Assembly (NCBI GenBank): GCA_951406725.2 | Contig: OX597825.1 | Span: 44,950,001 to 45,014,000 of the forward strand | From: Octopus vulgaris | Taxonomy: Eukaryota | Direction of reading: 5' to 3' | DNA length: 64,000 nucleotides | Shown: one piece after another, positions 26,273-39,017 of the stretch | Position numbering within the stretch: position 1 is the stretch's first letter | Layout of the letters: every line of letters begins with the position of its first letter | Notes under the pieces: generated by a model | Seen by the model: only the letters and a program-made list of their open reading frames with translations | Databases searched by the model: none | What the model was told of the DNA's origin: nothing | Made by a program: the position numbers and the translations under genes

Positions 26273-27660
26273 ACTGAGTCCCACATAATTAGGCAAATCA
26301 ACTCTCTCTCAATAAATAAATGCACTTTCATTCAAAACCAGTTGATTTTCCACAGACTGTTGGCAACACCAATCTGTGCTCATTCTGTTAAAATGAATTA
26401 GATCTACACAGATGTCAACAAATGGTGGCCATTTTTGTTATTGGGCAACATTTTCACCATCACAAATTATTAGGTAAGTATAATAAAAATGATAATTGTG
26501 TCAGAACAGATATTTATTTAATTCAACAGTGAAGGTTTAACAAAAAAATTATTCCTAAAGGACTTAATGGTAAACATAATAATATGTTCAAATGAAAATA
26601 ATCATGGGATTATGATGTCATACAGCTCCTAATGTTAGATGCATGATTCTCCACATGCAGTAACCTTCCTTATGTCCCGATCCAGTGAATTTGTCAAGGT
26701 GATGATATCCTCTTGTGTCATGCTTTGAGCAGCATCTACAGTAGCATCCCAGAGGGCAACTTTACTTGAAAACTGCCGTCCATCTTGGTAAGAGCACCTC
26801 TTCAGGACACTCCACAAGTTCTTGATTGGGTTTAAGTCAGGGAAACAAGGTGACCACTCCATCAAACGACCTCCAGAGAAGCCTACTTGTTGTGGATATT
26901 CCTTAGAATTCTTCACTGCATGAGATGGGGCATTATCTTGCATGAAGACCAGCTTTCTATTGGATGAAAGTTTTTGTGTTTTGAACCACGGTTGGAAATT
27001 GTCCTTTAAGAAGGTAGCATATGTTTCCAATGTCATCTTAATGATATTTGGGACTTCCCATGGCCCAACCATCATACCACCAGCAATGCCAGCCCAAAGT
27101 ATGACCCAACCTCTCCCTGTTGGTGTCTCAAACGATGAGGATGGTTCCAGCTGATTGATACCCAAGCTTTACTTCAGCCATCTGGTCTGTCAAGGGTAGT
27201 ACGGCATTCGTCAGTGAACAAAACTGTTGAAAAATCTATCTTCATGTATTCTCCTGCCCATTTCAGTCTCTCTTTCTTATGAACATCCTTCAGAGAGGGC
27301 CTTGTAACAGGTTTATCATTCCTAGCCTCAAGAGGCAATACCTGGTAGTTTTCGATATGCCTTCCCTGCCACAACGTTTGAAGATTTCTCTACTTGTCAG
27401 ACATGGGTTCTGTACAACATCTCTTTTCACATATGACAAAGTACGATTCAAAACAACCCTCAACTTACCCTTATCTGCCTATGACCAGAGAGAAATAGGA
27501 GACTGCACAAATTTCTTCACTGTTCAGGGGTCTCTTTCCAGTATTTTTGATATTTCTATGGTTGCTTTTCTTTTTCCAAGCTCTGACACGATGGTAGACT
27601 TCTCATTCAAGATAAGATCACGTTTCTGACCCATAATGACACATAAATTAGGCACTTGCT
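26273..27660 (-). mobile_element. Tc1 DNA transposon, degraded
   Basis: ATG at 27634 (MGQKRDL...), VLFTDE, FMQDNAP, PDLNPIKNLW (E>K); TIR-like ta|cactgagtcccacataattaggca at the left end. Confidence 0.88.
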
Positions 27661-27699
27661 TAATAATTTAGAACAGCAGAAATGTTGCTGCTACAGGAC

Positions 27700-30530
27700 A
27701 ATGGCTGCCATTTGTTTTTGTCTGCACAGGACATCATGAAATGTGTACAAAAAAATACGAAGCACAAGTACATGGAACATGAACTATTTTTATAGTTGTC
27801 ACCATAGGGATAAATTTATCCTTATGGGTGACTTTAACTCGTTAGTACTGACTATCAGGCATAGGAAGGTGTACTTGGTCGCCATGGTGTAGATCAAATG
27901 AACTCTAGTGGTCTGCATGTGCTCTCCACCTGCAGGGGATTCAGTCTTAGTATCACAAATACCTTTTTCAAACAGCAAAGTTGTAAGATGACCTGGATGC
28001 ATCCTAGATCCAAGAATTGGCATCTCATATACTATGTTGTCACTAAGAAACAAGATATTAAGGACTTTAACATTACACTTTCCTTTCATAACACCTGCTA
28101 TCTCTCTGACCATTCCCTTCTCCGTTGTAAGGCTACATTCCATCTGAAACACACATGACTATAAAAGTCATCAGTGCCTAAGCACATTAATGTTCTGCCT
28201 TTGAAAACTGCTGAAAAGCAGGCTGAGCTCTCTATCAAGTTGGACACTGCACTCAACACTGTTAATATCAATGATGACACAAAATCATCTTGGAAGGCTC
28301 TGCATGATGTAATGCACTTGGCATCTCTAGAGGTTCTTGGTCTTCCTGTTTGTAAACATCAAGATTGGTTCAGTGATAATAACACAGATGTCCAACAGTT
28401 GATAGATAAAAAGGACAGATCTCACAAAACTTGGATAAATGACAAGAGCTCAACAAGAAAAGAAAATGCCAACAAGAAATGCAGAGGCCAGATCCAACAT
28501 GCTCTTAGACAGATTAAGGAGGCTTGGTGGTCTTTCAAAGCTACTGAACTCCAAGAAGCTGCAGACAGAAAGGATTCTAAAGCCGTTTATGATTGTTTCA
28601 AGAAACTTTATGGTCCTCAAGAGCATGGTGTTATTCCGATTTTTTCATCGAATAGAGAGACACTGCTGACTGACAAATCTGACATCCTGAAATGATAGAA
28701 AGATCATTTTCAAGCCATGTTGAACTCCATCTCAGTCACTAATGATGACGTCAAATTGTCTTCCACAGCACACTAATACCAGAACTGTCTCTAGTACCAG
28801 CCTTCATGGAAGTGGCAAACTCTATTAAACAGATCTCTTCTGGTAAATCACCCACATGAAATTTACAAACATGCTGGATAGAAGCTTTTTAAGAAACTGC
28901 ATGACCTCTTCATAAACATCTGGAAGGTAGGTTGTGTACCACAGGACTTCAAAGATGTCTCAATTCAAGATCTGTAAAAGAACAAAGGAAACAGAAGTGT
29001 TTGTCTATTGCTGGTCAAACACGTTGTAAATGATATCTATCGAAATCACAGTGCAGATTTCACTCAGGTCGTGGCACTATCAACATGATCTTTTCCCTCC
29101 AATGGGTCATGAAGAAGGTACATGAGAAAAATCAAGAGTTCTTTTTGATATTCATTGACTTTCAACACTGTTAACCAGCAAGCACTATGGAAAGTTCTGA
29201 AAAAGCTTGGTATACCTGACAAGATGTTGAATGTTATCATCTCCTTTCATGAGGGAATGAAGGCTGCTGTCATGTCTGGTGGAGAACCTTCAGTTTCCTT
29301 TGATGTTACAAACAACACAAAGCAAGGTTGTGTTATGGCTCTTGTTTTGTTAGCACTCTTCTTTTCAGTGATGTTAAGGTATTAAGGTATGCTTTTGGCG
29401 ACATACAAAGTGATGTCAAATTCCTGTTTTGAACAAGTGGTGGACTATTTAATCATCAGTGTTTCAAAGCCAGAACACTGCTACACACATGTATCATTTG
29501 TGATCTACTTTTTGCAGATGATGCTGCACTAGTAGCGACCTCTTTAAAGGAAGCTCAGGAACTTCTAGACCGGTTTCTGATGCATGTAAAGCCTTTGGTT
29601 TGACCATAAGCATAAAGAAGATGGAAGTAATCCCCAACCTTGCCGTACTCCTAAACAAATTCAAGGTGTCAAACAGAGGCCACTGGTTCACAATATCCCT
29701 GACACTCCTATATAGGTTGATGGGAAAAACCTAAATTATGTGAAGTCATTTACATATCTTGGTAGTAGAGTGAATTTGAGCACTTCCTCAACTGTCTTGC
29801 AAAGACAACCAATGCATTTGGCAAACTTCGTCATCACCTATGGCTTGAAAGGGGTATCAAACTTGACACCAAAGTACAAGTCAATAAAACAGCCATTCTT
29901 ACTACTCTCTTGTATGGCTCAGAATTGTGGATACCCTATAGAAGACACATTAACCAACTAGACATCTTTCACAAAGACTGAGGACAATCTGCAGTTATTC
30001 ATTAAAAGACAAAGTTTTTAATGCTGACTTGTTTAACAAGTGTAAGATTGGTGGAATTGAGAGCTTCCTTTATACAATCAGAATTGTGCTGGGCTGGCCA
30101 TGTCATCAGAATGAGTGATGAAAGAATACACAAAGTCCTCATGTACAGCTTGAGAAAGGACACAGGAATGTTCATCAACCATGGTTCAGATATAAGGACA
30201 AGCTGAAGGGTAACCTCATAGAGATGAAGGTAGCTCACAACACATTTGAGCAAACAGACTTGGTACAAACAAAATAGAGATAATTGTGTCAAAATGGTAT
30301 TAAAATCTTTGTTGCAACCAGCATTAACAGGCTTCAGAGTGCAAGATACAGGAGAAAAGTGGCTGCAAATATATCACCTACATTGACCTGTATTCCTCAA
30401 ACTTGCAACATTTGTGGACTTCTTTGCAAATTGTTGGTGGGACTTAAATGTCACATTCGACATATGCATTATGACTGACAAAAGTACAATGTCGAAGCCG
30501 TATACATCGAAACTGACAGGTGAGACCATT
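27700..30530 (+). mobile_element. RTE/BovB-like LINE, degraded
   Basis: LMGDFN, TWMHPRSKNWHLI, SDH, HQDWF, KQGCVMA, LLFADD, FTYLGS, WAGHV, C-terminal CNIC...H...H zinc finger. Confidence 0.9.
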
Positions 30531-30744
30531 ATATATGCACACATATAAAACTACATCAGGTTTGGTAAAGAAGAGGTGATCACGTACCTACCTTGTCACT
30601 GTTGTGATTACAGATAAACAGACAGAGAGACATATATATACACATCCTCATCATCATCGTTTAATGTCCGTTTTCCGTGCAAGCACGGGTTGGACGGTTC
30701 GACTGGGGTCTGGGAAGCCAGGTGGCTGCACCGGATCCAGTCTG

Positions 30745-30750
30745 ATGTAT

Positions 30751-30795
<45 letters not shown>

Positions 30796-30852
30796 AATAT
30801 AGATATATATAGATACAGATATATTGATAGATATATAGATAGATATATAGAT

Positions 30853-30893
<41 letters not shown>

Positions 30894-30910
30894 TACAGAT
30901 ATATTAATAG

Positions 30911-30943
<33 letters not shown>

Positions 30944-31025
30944 TAGATATATATAGATACAGATATATTGATAGATATATAGATAGATATGTATATATAT
31001 ATAGATAGATAGATAGATAGATAGT

Positions 31026-31061
<36 letters not shown>

Positions 31062-31080
31062 TAGATAGATAGATAGATTA
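30745..31080. repeat. (TA)n/(GATA)n/(GACA)n compound microsatellite
   Basis: Directly visible. Confidence 0.95.
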
Positions 31081-31299
31081 AGCACATGTATTAAATTATA
31101 TTTAAGGGTTAATATGTAACTATAAATACCTTGCAATGTTGTAACTGCTATGATAATTATTAACTGGTAATTGTATTGTAGATGTGTAAAATAAGATGGT
31201 CTTAGTGTTATATTTAAATTAAAAGTGAAAAAATATGAGTGAAACAATAAAAGCAAAAACACATAAAATAAAAATGAAATAATATTCTAGTGTTAACAA

Positions 31300-31690
31300 A
31301 TGTGAAAGAATAATACCGCTGGAAATAAAAAATCAGAAGGGTCGTATGGTGGGGGTGGCTACAGCCCTCCCCATATGGGCAAGTGCCAAAATTTGACACA
31401 TACCCCCCCCCCTAGAACATTCCCGGAGTAATGAGAAACCTTCATGCTAAATTTGGTAGTATACCACTGTGAAAAGAAAATCAAAAGGATCGTATAGGTG
31501 GAGCTACAGCCCCATATATGAGCAAGGGACAAAATTTAACCCCGACTAGAACCTCTCCTGAGTAATGAAAAACCTTCATGCCAAATTTGGTAGAGATTGA
31601 TCCAACAGGTTTGGCCATGCAAAGAGAAAACAAACACACACACACACACACAAACATACACAGACAGTGAATTTTATAGATATAGATATA
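31300..31690 (-). mobile_element. Non-autonomous Helitron-like 5' end with a ~150-bp tandem subrepeat
   Basis: Minus strand reads TCTATAAAATTCACTGTCTGTG...TTTG...CCAAATTTGGCATG; two copies of AAAATCARAAGGRTCGTAT...CTTCATGCYAAATTTGGTAG. Confidence 0.55.
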
Positions 31691-31710
31691 TGTATGTATG
31701 CATGCATATT

Positions 31711-32518
31711 CTTTTATTCTTTTACTTGTTTCAGTCATTTGACTGCGGCCATGCTGGAGCACTGCCTTGAAAGGTTTTAGTCAAACAAATGACCCCAGGA
31801 CTTATTTTTTAAGCCTTGTACTTATTCTATCAGTCTCTTTTGCCAAACTATTAAATTATGAGGATGTAAACACACCAACGCTGATTGTCAAATGGAGATG
31901 GGGACAAACACAGACAGAAAGACACACACACACACACACATAAATATATACATATGAGGAGTTTCTTTCACTTTCTATCTATCAAATTCACAAACAAGGC
32001 TTTGGTCAACCTGAGGCTATAGTAGAGGACACTTACCCAAGGTGCCATGTAGTGGAACTGAACCTGAAACTATGAGGTAGAGAAGCTAGCTTCTTACCAC
32101 ACAGCCACACCTATCTTTTATCTTTTATTTTATACTTTTTTCACTCATTTGACTGCAGCTATACTGGAACACCTTGACACGGTTCAGTGGAATAAATCAA
32201 CCCTAAGACTTACTTCTAGGCCTGGTACTTATCCTATCAGTCTCTTTTGCCGAGTTGCTAAGTCCCTGAGACTTAAAAGCACTAACATCGGTTGTTAAGA
32301 AGTTGTGGGAGATAAACACAGATACAAAGAAACACACACATAGATATATACATATATATACAACAAGCTTCTTTTAGTTTCCATCTACCAAATCTACTCA
32401 CAAGACTTGAGTTGGCACAAGGCTATAATAGAAGATACATGCTGAAGGTGCTATGCAGTGTAACTAAACCTGGAACCATGTGGTTTGGAAGCAAGCTTCT
32501 TATCACACAACCATGCCT
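31711..32518 (-). mobile_element. Two tandem tRNA-derived SINEs (31711-32112 and 32115-32518)
   Basis: Reverse complement of the 10047 family. Confidence 0.82.
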
Positions 32519-32936
32519 CTGGCTATATATATATGTACACCTATGTATATATGTACATATGCACAGATACATTAATCCATATTCACATTGACATATACAT
32601 ATACATATGCACCTGCATGACCACAGTCATTTGACTGAAACAAAAATAAAAGAATATATGCACACATAAATACATTTACACCTTTATTATTCATCATCCT
32701 TAAGAAGAAATTGACATGGAACCATATTGATCAGTTAAATTCGATTGGTGAGTGGAATATTGAATGATAAATAATACATACCCTATAGCGTTTCTCGGGA
32801 AGTGCAGTTAGCATAATGGTTTCTAAAATTGTCTCATCCAAACATACACATATATATATATATATACACATACAAACACAACCATCTATGCATACAGAAG
32901 TCCGAGTGTACATATACATACATGCATACATATATA

Positions 32937-32976
<40 letters not shown>

Positions 32977-33112
32977 TGAGAATGCGTGTCTGTCTGTGTG
33001 AAGCCCTAAAACTTGAGAACTACACAACCAATTTCATTCAAATAGTGTTATGGGCAAAAAGAATATTTAACTTAAAAGTGAAACAAAAACATCTCTCTTT
33101 TGTATGTATATG

Positions 33113-33209
<97 letters not shown>

Positions 33210-33300
33210 ATATATACACGTATATGTATACATGTATATGTATAGTCAGTGGCCCGGGAACAAAATTTGCTTAGTGGGTGCAAACTCAGTTCCAAAATTT

Positions 33301-33914
33301 GGCACTACTGGAGAAGTGTGGATCCGAGTTCTGAGAGTGTGCATGTCACAAAATTGTGCATGCGAGCGCGTTAGTCGTAAGTAGTCGATTTTAGCACACA
33401 GGTAAACAATGAGACGCGCGCTACTTGCTGTAAATGGAGGGTGGGTTATCCATCTAATACAAGAAGAAAATTGCAGATAAATTGAATAAAAACATGAAAA
33501 ATAACAAAATGATATTTCATTGAAAAGTAAACCATTCTGAAAGATAGTTCAGAATGTTTTCAAAACATTCATCTCCAGCTTTTCCCATATTTTATTAAGG
33601 GTTAGGGTTTAAGGGATTTTTTTTTTGTTTTTATGACCGGGCCAAACGCTTTAGTTTGATCGTTTAGGGTTAGGGGAGATGAATGTTTTTTCCAGTATTT
33701 AATGATTATTTTTCACTTTTATATTCAATTTATCTGCAATTTTCTTTTTGTATTACATGGATAACCTTGCTCCATTTACAAGTAGCGCATGTCCGTGTGC
33801 CTCGTTGTTTACCTCTGTGTTAAAATCAACTAGTAGCACACATCTAACCGGCGCGTGTGCGCAACTTTGTGACATGCGCATTCTCAGAACTCCGGTCCAC
33901 ACTTCTGTAGTACC
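33301..33914. mobile_element. MITE with ~210-bp TIRs (Mutator-like)
   Basis: ggcactac...gtagtacc; arms about 33301-33512 and 33697-33914; TSD caaaattt on both sides. Confidence 0.85.
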
Positions 33915-34479
33915 CAAAATTTTTACAAACAAGGCGAAGTTTTCTAATTTGGGTATCAAAACAAACAAATGTTCAATAATAATAACTTTTATTATTATGA
34001 GGATCGACTGGAAAATTAACAGGCTGACGAATATATTCTCATGGAATGTGACCAAATAAAGTTCATTTTTAAATATTAGAATTTTTTCTGCTTGATTTCA
34101 CCTTCAGAAGTTTTAAAATTAAGCAAAAATTTTCAAATTTGATACATTGGTGTAATTTTTCACGTTGAATCTGATGCTATTCACTTATTCCAGAAAAACT
34201 TTAGAAAACTGTGACAGAGGTTTAAAGTTTGATCATTTTTCCCTCAATCAAAGAACAGGATGTGGAAGCTGGCATTTTGTACAAGGTGACAACATTACAA
34301 TGTTAAAACATTCAATGATGGAAGTTTTAATAAAGTTCTGTGAAATGTTGGATAAACATGCTGTTGGTTTAGTTCATGTGAACAATACACATTTTTGAAA
34401 TTGGAACAAAATTGAGGCAATTGAAAAGTGAAAATCAAACAGAAAAGATCATCTACATACATCTTTCAGCGATTCATAG

Positions 34480-34870
34480 CTTCGGTTGCCTTGGAAAAGA
34501 AGCTATCCTGTTAAGCAAGTTTTCAACAGCTGATAAGACATCATCACTATGATATTGGTTCCTAACTGAGTATTTTTTTATATATATGTAGGGGATATAG
34601 ATAATAAGATGAGGTCAAATCACTAAAGTAGGAAGGGTGGCTTAGCAGTTCAAAGCCAATCACAAAAGGCAGCCATCGAAACCAATTACTTGTGCACTGG
34701 AGTATTTGTTTCGATGAAAGAAAAACATACTTGACAGTTTTCCTTGCGTTTGGCCTTGATAGCCTTTCGCAACTGTCTTAGAAAGGTGGCACAGTACAGC
34801 ACTCGACATTGATGGTGAGAGCATTTTGAAAGTAGTCAATAAACACGATGCTTTTTGCAATCCAAAATAT
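34480..34870 (-). mobile_element. mariner transposase C-terminal fragment
   Basis: IVFIDYF...LRQLRKAIKAKR...FELLSHPSYFSDLTSSYY. Confidence 0.7.
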
Positions 34871-35782
34871 TGAGGCCATCACCTTCCCTGCAGATTAAAC
34901 GATCTAGATGGCCTTCTTTAGAGTAAGTGTTGAGGAGTGTCTCCACGGTTAGATTATCTCTTATTCTCTAACTCAAAATGATGAACCCAACACATTTAAG
35001 GAAACTGGATTTGCCTCAAGCAATGTCAGATATTCTTGAAATGTCATCAGGGAGTGTGGAGTCAAGGAAATAAAGGTAGACAGGATGTAGTTGACAGTGA
35101 TAATAAGAGGAAAAAATGAAGATGAGTAAAGAGAGAAAAGAAGCAGATATGTGAAGAGAAAGACAAGTAGAAATAGATAGGGAATGTTTTGCAAACAAGA
35201 GGGGAAAGAAGCCGAGAGGAGCAGGATAGAAAATTAAGACAATATCAGCCAGATGTTGACCGTTGAGTATGAACACATATTATATGTATATACATACACA
35301 GGCATAAAGAGTGAGATAGAGAAAGATTTTGAATTTCTGTTGAATACAACATGGCGGATGATTAAAAAGAGCAGACACAAGAAAGAAAGAAGAATGAAGT
35401 AAAGGACCACGTTTAAGGCCACTGAATTGTAACGAAAGAACTCTGGTCGAACAAAAACCTGAAAAACAAATAGTGACCATCAAATAAATAGTGCTTGTGT
35501 TTTTATTGGCAAAACCAGCAAGATGACCTCCCATCCAATATGTTTCAAAAGACGATAGGCCATACTAGAGCATCGTCTTTTATTTGAACAAATCAATGCC
35601 AGGAATTATTCTTTGGAAGCTTTGTATTTATTCTATCGCCTCTCTTTCCGAACCGCAAAGTTACGGGGGCATAATCGCATCAACATTAGTTATCAAGCGG
35701 TGGTGGGGTGACATACAGACACACAAATACATACATTCGTATGTATATGCATGTGTGTATGTGTGCTTGCATATGTACCTAC

Positions 35783-35843
<61 letters not shown>

Positions 35844-35846
<3 letters not shown>

Positions 35847-35917
35847 CTTTCGTCACACTTCTGTGACCTCATCAGTGTCTTTTGCTTTCCTTCTTGTGTT
35901 GCCTCTTTCAAATGATC
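35844..35917 (-). ncRNA. Truncated hammerhead core
   Basis: CTGATGA-g-gtcac-agaagt-gtgac-GAAA, then cut by (TA)n; about 55 bp recur at 37163-37217. Confidence 0.5.
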
Positions 35918-36214
35918 CGCCTTGCGATTTGACTTCTATTTTTATCAATGTCAGCCCCAAGTGGGCAGATTCAGAAATCTATAATATACACTGTAAAGTA
36001 GTTGGTGTTAGGAAGGGCACCCAGCCACGAAAACCTTGCCAAACTAGATGGGAGCTGGTAGCCCTTGGCTTCTGGCCCAGTTGAACAGTACAACCTATGC
36101 CAGTATGGAAAGCGGACGTTAAGTGATGATGAATATATATAATATTTATAATGTATAATATATATATTAATGTATATATATGTGCGTGCTTGTATCACTT
36201 TCTCTCTCTCGCTC

Positions 36215-36249
<35 letters not shown>

Positions 36250-36312
36250 AATATACAGTAAAACCATATAACTGGAGGAGAGCTTACTCTACAGGTAGAG
36301 TAGTGGGTAACT

Positions 36313-36670
36313 ATAAATAGACATCGTAACGATACCAGCTACCAAATGGTTTCACAGCGAATTGGGGCCCCGAGTGACCTTAGTAAAGTCATTGGGGAGA
36401 ATCCCGAGCCGATTATCAGCTGGGATTCTCCCCAATGACTTTACTAAGGTCACCCAGTGCCCCAATTCACCATGAAACCATTTGGTAGCTGGTATCGTTA
36501 CAATTTTTTATTTTTTAATTTCATCTAGTTTCAGCTCACAAGCTGTGGCCATGCTGGGGCACCGCCATTTAAAAAAGTTGCCAGCAGATGGTTATGGCAT
36601 TCGACCCATACAACTCAGATATTGGCTGAGTACTTTACCATTAAGCTAAATGACCCACAATGTCTATTTA
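36313..36670. mobile_element. Hairpin MITE interrupted by a short SINE
   Basis: 36326-36501 is a near-perfect ~175-bp palindrome; the right arm resumes at about 36657 (acaatgtctattta vs taaatagacatcgt). Confidence 0.8.
36505..36656 (-). mobile_element. Short (~150 bp) tRNA-derived SINE
   Basis: GGGTCATTTAGCTTAATGGTAAAG (A box)...GGTCGAATGCC (B-like), tail GGCGGTGCCCCAGCATGGCCACAGC plus A-rich end; TSD acaat. Confidence 0.75.
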
Positions 36671-36744
36671 GATATATATATATCATATATTTATAAAGAG
36701 GGTAAATTTAGCCATTTCTCCGTAGATTGAAAATAAGATGAACA

Positions 36745-36787
36745 ACCTTAATCGATTTTCGAACCTTATTGGGTTTTCATCAGAGGC
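36745..36787 (-). ncRNA. Minimal hammerhead ribozyme
   Basis: gcct-CTGATGA-aaacc caataa ggttc-GAAA-atcgat-TA^aggt; palindromic stem III; A-C mismatch at 10.1-11.1. Confidence 0.72.
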
Positions 36788-38520
36788 GTAGTGGTTCAAA
36801 CATGAAAAATAGAACTCATGTTGAGTCAGACTCAAATAAGTATAGATTTATTGATCGGTGAAAGTTACATAGTGACTGAAGGTTCGAGAGTTTCGTGCAG
36901 AGGCACTTATCAAACTAATTAAATCAGTGTTTTCTATATAAAATGAAAAAGCAGGACAGTATTGGAAACAAACATGACGCAGATACTATTTTATATATAA
37001 CGCAGGAAGATTTTTGATTGATAATACGACAGAATTAAGGCAAGATAAAAAATGAAAGTTGTCAACATATAAGGCATTCTGCCTAAACTACGTCTTTAAG
37101 ATACGATTTGTTAGTAGTAATGCTGAAAGGAAACTATTTCCTAAGGAACTCAAGTGAACTAAGTGACCTCATCAGTGTCTTTCGCTTTCCTTCTTGTGTT
37201 GCCTCTTTCAAATGATCAGATAGAGAGGAATAAAGACAAAAGGAAAGTAAGGATTGAATGAAAAATCAAAAGGGGAATCAAGGCTGAAGTGAATGCTAGG
37301 CTGGAGTTGAAAAAAAAAGGCACTTACCCAGGCAGTGGTCAAGCAGATAATGGTATGGGATATTGAATGGTCGTTTTGCACCAAAAAGGTGGACCGGGGT
37401 GGGGGAGGCCCATTGACCTGGGAGTGCAGGTAGAAAGAAAGAGGAAGTGTAGAGAAAGAAGGCAATAAAGATAGATAGGAGGTAGTTATAGAGACAGGAA
37501 GAAATGAAAGGTAGAAAAGAGAGAAAAGAAGATGTGTAGAGAGAAAGAACGATAGAAATAGATAGGGAATGTTTTACAAAGAAGAGGATAGGAAAGGTTA
37601 GAAAACGGAGACAATGTCCACCAAATGTTGAAAGCTGTGTTGGATACCACTGAGTAAGAATAGAAGCGGATGTGTGGCTTTACAAATTTATTTTGTAATT
37701 TCGGTTTGCAATTATTTATAGTTAAATGTTTCCTTTCAAAGTTTTTACTTTCAAACAATTTATTCATGCACATTTTGGACCTAACAACCTATATGAGAAA
37801 ATCGTTTTGACTGAAAGAATTTTGAAAGGGTTTCGTTTTTAGACTGGGGTCAAACGGTCTTCAACCATATTTTAAATCTTTAGCAACACCAATTACAAAG
37901 AACTTGGGAGTGGTACTGAAAGATGGAGAGAAGTATTTGACAGACAGAAAGAGAGAGTTACACATTTTAACTGGGTGGAAGCTGTCTTCAATAATTCAAG
38001 TAATGCTATATATTCAAAATTAACCATGCATGCTGGTTTTGTTGTTATTGTCACTTACTTTTTTGTATTTTGACACTACTCAAAAGTTAGTGGTCATAAA
38101 CTCCCTAGGGAATTTTATGCCAGCTTCATCACTTTTATTTATTATTAATTTTTTTTTCTTTGTTTTGAAACGAGATCGAACTTAAGCATTTTATACCGAT
38201 AAATTTTAGACATTTTTTTTCTGAAACTGGTAAGATTATGTGGCTGCAAATTTTAATCTTGAACCCACTGAGAATTCTAGGGGGTGCAGGTGCACCTGCT
38301 GCACCCCCTGTTCCCAGGCCCTTGTGTATAGCTGTATATGTATACATGTATATGTATAGATGTATTTCTATAGATATACATGTATATGTATACATGTATG
38401 TCTAGATGTATATATATATAGATGTTCATGTAATATGTACACATATATATATACACATATATACATGCATACATATATACACACATACACCCCTGCCCCC
38501 CCCACACACACACATACATA

Positions 38521-38850
38521 GGTGCAGGTGTGGCTGTGTGGTAACAAACTTGGTTCCAAAATACAAGGTCCTCAGTTCAGTCCCACTGTGTGGTAACTTG
38601 GCATGAGTCTTCTGCTATAGCCTCAGACCAACCAAAGTCTTGTCAGTGGATTTTGTAGACAGAAACTGAAAGAAATCAATTGTATGTATATGTATGTATA
38701 TATGTATGTCTATGTGTGTGTCTTTGTGTTTTTCCCTCATCACTGCTTCACAACTGGTGTTCGTTTATTTACATCCCCATAACTTACTGGTTTCACAAGA
38801 AGAAACTGATAGAATAAGTACCAGGCTTATCAAAATATAAAAAAGCACTA
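38521..38850 (+). mobile_element. tRNA-derived SINE
   Basis: 10047 family. Confidence 0.8.
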
Positions 38851-39017
38851 CGCAGTGTCTCATATTTTTGTTTCCTCACTCAGTTGTATCTATCAATTTA
38901 TCTTTGTGTGTGTGTGTGTATATATATATATATGTATGTATATATATGGATTTCGTAGACAGGAACTGAAACAAATCAATCGTATATATATGTATGTATA
39001 TATGTAAGTGTATGTGT

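Larger units (their letters stand above)
33247..38324. mobile_element. hAT-derived element expanded by nested insertions
   Basis: TIRs cagtggcccgggaaca and tgttcccaggcccttg; 8-bp TSD tgtatagt/tgtatagc. Confidence 0.8.
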
